Part shown: positions 27,045-32,000 of the stretch, piece after piece
How the letters are laid out: the number at the start of each line of letters is the position of its first letter
Position numbering within the stretch: the first letter of the stretch is position 1
Source of the DNA: Candidatus Saganbacteria bacterium
GTDB taxonomy: Bacteria; Margulisbacteria; WOR-1; JAKLHX01
DNA: 32,000 bases
Assembly (NCBI GenBank): GCA_026387835.1
Contig: JAPLKZ010000010.1
Location: forward strand, 30,001 to 62,000
Direction: 5' to 3'
Notes under the pieces: generated by a model
What the model saw: only the letters and a program-made list of their open reading frames with translations
What the model was told of the DNA's origin: nothing
The model's database searches: none
Made by a program: the position numbers and the translations under genes

Positions 27045-28553
27045 TTATGTCAAAGGCCTCATGTGCGGGAATAATAATACATCCCTTATCGATGATGAGT
27101 TCGTTATGAGCATTATCAGCCTGTCTATGCCTATACCCAGCCCGCCCGCCGGCGGCATCCCGATCTCGAGCGCTTTTATATAGTCCTCGTCAAGAGATTC
27201 CGTCTCTTCATCCCCGGCTTTTTTCAGCTCCATCTGTTTTTCAAAGCGCTGTCTCTGGTCGATGGGGTCGTTCAGTTCCGAGAACGCGTTGGCAAGTTCC
27301 ATCCCCGCGACAATGACCTCGAACCTTTCGACCAGTTTCGGGTCGTTCCTTTTCTTTTTCGCCAGCGGCGACGTCTCAAGCGGGTAATCCGTGATAAAGG
27401 TCGGCTGGATCAGGTGCGGCTCCACGAACCTGTCGTAAAGTTCATTTATCAGTTTCCCCGAACCGAGCGAACCGGCCTCTTCGATCCCTCTTTCTTTTGC
27501 CAGTTTCCTGAGGTCTTTTTCGGATATGCCGATATCGATCCCCGCGAAGTGCTTCAGGGCCTGCGACAGGGTCATCCTTTTCCAGGGGGCGGAAAAATCT
27601 ATCCCGTGTTCTTTGTACTTTACTTTCAATGTGCCGAGTACGCTGCTGACGGACTCGGAGACAAGTTCCTCGGTCAGTTTCATGATATCTTCATAGTCGG
27701 CATAAGCCTGGTAGATCTCGATCATCGTATATTCGGGGTTATGCTTGAACGACATCCCCTCGTTCCTGAAGACCCTGCCGATCTCAAAGACTTTCTCGAA
27801 ACCTCCCGCGATCAGCCTTTTTAAATATAATTCCGGAGCGATCCTTAAGAACAATTCCATATTAAGCGCGTTATGGAAAGTCTTGAACGGTTTTGCGGCG
27901 GCCCCGCCCTGCATGGAATGGAGCATCGGGGTCTCTACCTCGATAAAGCCTTTTCCTTCAAGCGACCTCCTTATCTGCGAGATCACGCGGCTCCTGGTCA
28001 TGAACACTTCTTTCACCGCGGGATTAACGATAAGGTCGACATACCGCTCCCTGTATCTTGTGTCGGTGTCATGGAGCCCGTGCCATTTTTCAGGTAGCGG
28101 CCTGAGTGATTTTGTCAGAAGGATAAGTTCATGCACTTTAACGGAGACTTCGCCCGTCTTTGTCTTGAATATTTTTCCCTTGACCCCGATGATATCGCCG
28201 ATATCTATCTTCTCGAAAGCCTCGAATATTTTTGCGCCGACAATATCAAGTTTTACATATATCTGGAGCCTGCCTTTTTCGTCCTGGATATGCGCGAAAG
28301 CCGCTTTGCCGTGGCCTCTTTTGAGCATCACGCGGCCGGCAAGCGAGTATTCTTCCCCGCTTTCCTGCCCGTGCTCAAGATCTTTATACTTTTCGAGGAT
28401 AAAGATCGAATCCGTATTTTTTTTGAAGTTGTATGCGAACGGCTCCATCCCGATCGACCTGAAAAAATCCAGCTTCTCCCGGCGGACCTTTAACAGCGCG
28501 CTGAGGTCTTCGGTATTTTCCTGCCTGTTCAGCTCTTCCATATTGCCTTCCAT
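27045..28553 (-). CDS. lysS: Lysyl-tRNA synthetase, class II
   Basis: RYVDLIVNPAVKEVFMTRSRVISQIRRSLEGKGFIEVETPMLHSMQGGAAAKPFKTFHNALNMELFLRIAPELYLKRLIAGGFEKVFEIGRVFRNEG; GMPPAGGLGIGIDRLIML. Confidence 0.98.
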   Translation of the reverse strand: MEGNMEELNRQENTEDLSALLKVRREKLDFFRSIGMEPFAYNFKKNTDSIFILEKYKDLEHGQESGEEYSLAGRVMLKRGHGKAAFAHIQDEKGRLQIYVKLDIVGAKIFEAFEKIDIGDIIGVKGKIFKTKTGEVSVKVHELILLTKSLRPLPEKWHGLHDTDTRYRERYVDLIVNPAVKEVFMTRSRVISQIRRSLEGKGFIEVETPMLHSMQGGAAAKPFKTFHNALNMELFLRIAPELYLKRLIAGGFEKVFEIGRVFRNEGMSFKHNPEYTMIEIYQAYADYEDIMKLTEELVSESVSSVLGTLKVKYKEHGIDFSAPWKRMTLSQALKHFAGIDIGISEKDLRKLAKERGIEEAGSLGSGKLINELYDRFVEPHLIQPTFITDYPLETSPLAKKKRNDPKLVERFEVIVAGMELANAFSELNDPIDQRQRFEKQMELKKAGDEETESLDEDYIKALEIGMPPAGGLGIGIDRLIMLITNSSSIRDVLLFPHMRPLT

Positions 28554-29272
28554 ATTAAGTTCAGGCCCTTTAATGTCAGGTCGGGGTCTACAACATCTAT
28601 TATATCAGTTTGGGATGAAATAATTCCCGCCAGGCCTCCGGTGGCGACTACCCTGGTTTTTTTGCCTAGCTTTTCCCTGAACCTTTTGACAAGACTTTCG
28701 ACTATTCCCGCGTATCCGTAGATTATGCCCGACTGCATCGCTGAAACAGTGCTGCCCCCTATCGCTTTTACGGGGACTTTCAGAGCGACCAGGGGCAGTT
28801 TCGCGGTCTTTTCATGTAATGCGTCCCTTGAGATCGCGACCCCGGGTGATATCGCGCCTCCCAGGTAGGAACCTTTTTTATCGACGGCGCAGAATGTCGT
28901 GGCCGTGCCGAAATCGATCACTATCAGGGGCTTTCCGTAAAGGATCATCGCGGCGTAAGAATCGGCAAGCCGGTCCACTCCGATCTCATTTTTATTCTTC
29001 AATAAGATCTTCATAAGGCCGTTGAAAGTGGCCGCGTTCAAAAAGAAAGGCTCTATACCGAACAATCTATTGAGAATTCGCCCGATATTCTTCTCAACAG
29101 CAGGGACCACCGATGAAATAATGACGCCTTCGATGAAAGCGCCTTTAAAAGAGAAGAATTGTTTTTTGTAATCGTTTAAATACGTACTAAATCGGAATTT
29201 CTTTATTAAACGGTCATTTTCAAAAAGACCGGCGACGATATTCGTATTCCCGATATCGACGGTCAAGAGCAT
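28529..29272 (-). CDS. coaX: Type III pantothenate kinase
   Basis: LLTVDIGNTNIVAGLFENDRLIKKFRFST; VGVDRLADSYAA-like segment IGVDRLADSYAAMILYGKPLIVIDFGTATTFCAVDKKGSYLGGAISPGV; VVATGGLAG. Confidence 0.95.
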   Translation of the reverse strand: MLLTVDIGNTNIVAGLFENDRLIKKFRFSTYLNDYKKQFFSFKGAFIEGVIISSVVPAVEKNIGRILNRLFGIEPFFLNAATFNGLMKILLKNKNEIGVDRLADSYAAMILYGKPLIVIDFGTATTFCAVDKKGSYLGGAISPGVAISRDALHEKTAKLPLVALKVPVKAIGGSTVSAMQSGIIYGYAGIVESLVKRFREKLGKKTRVVATGGLAGIISSQTDIIDVVDPDLTLKGLNLIWKAIWKS

Positions 29273-29317
29273 GGAAGGATTATAACATAATGGCTCTAAG
29301 CGCTGATACTTTTATGT

Positions 29318-29560
29318 TTAGCGGGCGGACTTGCTCGGCTGGTAGTTCGAGAGCCTCATCCTCTCGCGCATCGCGATCGGAAGGGTGTTCAGCAGGTTCT
29401 TTACGGTCCCGAACCTTTTTTTCTCGAGGCGGTGGGTGCAGCTTTCAAAGAATTCGCAGGGTTCTCCGACGACGGTGACCTCTTTGCATCGGGGACATTT
29501 GATCTCCCCGTCTTTCATGAGGAGCTTGTTGCATGACGGGCATCTTGTCTCTTTTTTCAT
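29318..29560 (-). CDS. Small zinc-ribbon protein (Com-like double CxxC)
   Basis: TRCPSCNKLLMKDGEIKCPRCKEVTVV plus two further Cys. Confidence 0.65.
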   Translation of the reverse strand: MKKETRCPSCNKLLMKDGEIKCPRCKEVTVVGEPCEFFESCTHRLEKKRFGTVKNLLNTLPIAMRERMRLSNYQPSKSAR

Positions 29561-29664
29561 CTTGATCCTGCTGCCTTTCCCTGCCCAAAATCCGTTCTAT
29601 TAATGTATCGACAACTTTCCCCCGAAATTTCACTGAAAATTCGATATTATTCAGATCGATATCT

Positions 29665-30882
29665 TCAGTCATTCTGGAGCTTGTCTATCATCCTGATCTG
29701 CCTGACACTTGTTCTCAGCGTTGTTTCTCCCGGTTTTAATATCCACATTCCGGCCGGATTGAAACCTCTTTCCTTTGTTACAGGGAACTTTCGCCAACCC
29801 GGATTAAAGGGATCAGTGACACACGGTGCGAATTCAAAGCAAATTGCATTCGCGGCTAACGGGTTGCTGCTTTTCGGCGGAGCATATACCTGCAGGGCAT
29901 GTATCAAAGGAAAATCCTTCGGGAAAGGCGTGGACACCTCCACTCCCCATCCCGCGGAAGGATAAAAGGCTCTTGCGGCATACTGTCTGAAATCTGTGTT
30001 GCCCGGCATCTGCTCTTCTCTCAATCGGATAATACAATGGTCAAGAAATTTATCCCCTAAAACGCGGTCCTTGAGCGGGCCGCAGAACAGATCATCGAAG
30101 GGGGTTTCCTGTCTGTCAATAAAAGGGTTCGGTTTAAAAACAGGGAGCAGTGTCTCTCCCTTCACGAACGGATCGGTTTTTGTCCGGATAAAGCTGTCTC
30201 CGGCGAGACTTATCATGACTTCGCTCCTCTTTTGTCCCTTTGGGATCTTAAAATAAGCATGGTCGGTGTCTGAAAAGAATGTCGGAACATTGCCGGGATT
30301 GGAAGGGTAAGTGCTCCTTCCCAGAACCCCGTCTGTCAAACTGATCGTCTGGAACAATTGAATAGTTGAGAACCACTCTGTCTCCGGTATAGTAGCCGTT
30401 GCGGTGATCGCCGCGGAATTATTGCAGGTATTTAAATTCACATCTACAATTTTCCATTCAAGAAGCGACCCGTACCCGTGAAGCCCGAGCCCGTGAAGCA
30501 TTACACCGTCTGCATCCACAGGTATCACCTGTGTGTGGCCGTTGATTTTTATAGTTCTCATACCGTCTCCGTATTTCTCAATCGCCTTGACCCTGTTCTG
30601 CACCGGACAAATATAAGCACCGAACATCGCGCTGCCCCAGGTGCGGCGTTCATCGTTACCGATCCAGCCCACGGATTGCCGGTAAGACGGCATGGTCCTT
30701 ATCAGGTCCACCCGTCTGCCGCTGTTATCCGTTCCTTTGATATCCAGGACAGTCATCCCTTTTAAGCGGACACCAACCGTGTCGATAATTCCTTTTCTGC
30801 CTTTATTATGCAACACGAAGACATCATCACTGGCGTTTTTGGTCCCGAAATGTAGGGCTTTGATTCCGCAAGTATTTCCCAT
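29665..30882 (-). CDS. Aldose 1-epimerase (galactose mutarotase)-like protein
   Basis: GAYICPVQNRVKAI..TIKINGHTQVIPVDADGVMLHGLGLHGYGSLLEWKIVD (cf. GRxANRI..LPxN..xxLHGGxxGFxxxxW) and SDTDHAYFKIPKG (cf. NHxYFNL). Confidence 0.6.
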   Translation of the reverse strand: MGNTCGIKALHFGTKNASDDVFVLHNKGRKGIIDTVGVRLKGMTVLDIKGTDNSGRRVDLIRTMPSYRQSVGWIGNDERRTWGSAMFGAYICPVQNRVKAIEKYGDGMRTIKINGHTQVIPVDADGVMLHGLGLHGYGSLLEWKIVDVNLNTCNNSAAITATATIPETEWFSTIQLFQTISLTDGVLGRSTYPSNPGNVPTFFSDTDHAYFKIPKGQKRSEVMISLAGDSFIRTKTDPFVKGETLLPVFKPNPFIDRQETPFDDLFCGPLKDRVLGDKFLDHCIIRLREEQMPGNTDFRQYAARAFYPSAGWGVEVSTPFPKDFPLIHALQVYAPPKSSNPLAANAICFEFAPCVTDPFNPGWRKFPVTKERGFNPAGMWILKPGETTLRTSVRQIRMIDKLQND

Positions 30883-30974
30883 TCTTTTTATTCTCCTTTT
30901 ATATTTGTGTTAACTTCGACTATATTCTTATCGAACGTTATTTTCAGAAATTTCACTGAAAATGCTATAATTCC

Positions 30975-31703
30975 ATGGTAATGCCAAAGACTAAGCCGCA
31001 CAAAAAACAGCCGTTAAAAGAACAGATATTGGCCTTCAGCGAGATAAGCAAGGCGATCTCCTCTGACCTGTCGCTTGATGACATATTGCGCCTGGTCGTG
31101 AACGTCACCGCGAAGCTTTTAAAATCTAGCATCTGCTCCATCCAGCTCATCGACAAGGAGAAAAAAGAGCTCGTGATCCGCGCCACGCACAGCATGAGCG
31201 AGGAGTACAATAAAAAACCGCCGCTCAGGATCGGCGAAGGCATCGCCGGCAAAGTTGTGCTGGAGAACAGGCCGATAGTCGTGAAAGACATCGCGAAGGA
31301 ACCGGAATACAAATATAGGGATATCGCCAGGAAAGAAAAGCTCAGATCATTACTCTGCGTTCCGCTTACTGTAAAAGGAAAGGTCATCGGCGTGGTAAAT
31401 TCGTACACTTCAAGACCACACTCCTTCACTCATACCGAGATCGCAGTCCTGTCTTCGATCGCATGCCTCGCGGCCGTAGCCATTGAAAACACGGATATAC
31501 TGACCATGGCCCACGATATGGAAGAAGAGCTCAGGACGAGAAAACTTGTCGAAAGGGCCAAAGGCATCCTCATGAGGGACGAGAAACTGACCGAGGAAGA
31601 GGCTTATCTCAAGCTCCAGAAGTTCTCGATGGATTCCCGCAAAAGTATGAAGGATATTGCGGAGTCCCTGATAGTAAGTTATAATCTGAGAAGATTAAGG
31701 TAA
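30975..31703 (+). CDS. GAF domain-containing ANTAR-family RNA-binding regulator
   Basis: GAF region (SSDLSLDDILRLVVNVTAKLLKSSICSIQLIDKEKKELVIRA..GIAGKVVLENRPIVVKD) and C-terminal ANTAR (RKLVERAKGILMRDEKLTEEEAYLKLQKFSMDSRKSMKDIAESLIVS). Confidence 0.9.
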   Translation: MVMPKTKPHKKQPLKEQILAFSEISKAISSDLSLDDILRLVVNVTAKLLKSSICSIQLIDKEKKELVIRATHSMSEEYNKKPPLRIGEGIAGKVVLENRPIVVKDIAKEPEYKYRDIARKEKLRSLLCVPLTVKGKVIGVVNSYTSRPHSFTHTEIAVLSSIACLAAVAIENTDILTMAHDMEEELRTRKLVERAKGILMRDEKLTEEEAYLKLQKFSMDSRKSMKDIAESLIVSYNLRRLR

Positions 31704-31708
31704 CAACC

Positions 31709-31750
31709 GCACAAAGTCCGTGCTTTCAGTTTGAACACCGTCCGTTCAAA
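31709..31750 (+). promoter_or_regulatory. Tandem hairpins upstream of gdhA; candidate ANTAR-binding or regulatory RNA
   Basis: GCAC-aaagtcc-GTGC (31709-31723), 6-nt linker, TTTGAAC-accgtcc-GTTCAAA (31730-31750). Confidence 0.35.
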
Positions 31751-31782
31751 AAAATCGCTTATTCTATTAAAGGAGCAACGAC

Positions 31783-32000
31783 ATGTTAAACAGCGTAGAA
31801 GATTTTATGAAAAAGGTGATGGAAAGGAATCCCAACGAACCGGAATTCATGCAGGCAGTGAGCGAAGTGGTCGAATCCGTGATGCCGTTCATCGAAAAGA
31901 ACCCGAAATACCAGAAAGCAAAGGTACTAGAAAGGATGGTCGAGCCTGAGAGAGTGATAATGTTCAGGGTCCCCTGGCTCAACGATAAAGGGGATATCCA
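31783..32000 (+). CDS. gdhA: Glutamate dehydrogenase, 5' portion (runs off window)
   Basis: MLNSVEDFMKKVMERNPNEPEFMQAVSEVVESVMPFIEKNPKYQKAKVLERMVEPERVIMFRVPWLNDKGDIQ, canonical GdhA N-terminus; Shine-Dalgarno AGGAG at 31771. Confidence 0.9.
   Translation, partial: MLNSVEDFMKKVMERNPNEPEFMQAVSEVVESVMPFIEKNPKYQKAKVLERMVEPERVIMFRVPWLNDKGDI

Noticed and set aside
1-32000. CRISPR arrays, tRNA/rRNA genes, integrases or transposases
   Set aside because: No regularly spaced direct repeats, recognisable structured RNA genes or mobile-element proteins were seen in the window.

Overview
The window looks like a chromosomal segment of an uncultured bacterium. It is mostly housekeeping genes around a less ordinary block at about 15.0-22.6 kb. 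Recognisable genes: an AAA/dephospho-CoA-kinase-like NTPase, LCP protein, rubrerythrin-like protein, HI0933-type flavoprotein, maf, lepA, hemW, a RelE/ParE-type TA pair, hrcA-grpE-dnaK-dnaJ-rsmE behind a consensus promoter with a CIRCE operator, phosphoglucomutase, a 2-dehydropantoate reductase-like gene, tldD, a minus-strand run (coaX, lysS, metV, metF, nucleotidyltransferase, unlisted 57-aa ORF), an aldose-epimerase-like gene, a GAF-ANTAR regulator, and the start of gdhA. Most notable observations: (1) two adjacent minus-strand proteins (415 and 779 aa) built from a shared, divergent ~103-129-aa tandem module I cannot assign to a known family; (2) a divergently transcribed NagB-fold-like protein that has apparently lost catalytic residues, followed by a highly divergent phosphohexomutase split by a -1 frameshift; (3) lepA is missing about 40 nt of conserved sequence near its 3' end, which frameshifts the C-terminus; (4) a tandem hairpin pair between an ANTAR gene and gdhA; (5) palindromic intergenic elements sharing a core. 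Family calls come from motif recognition by eye; no search was run.
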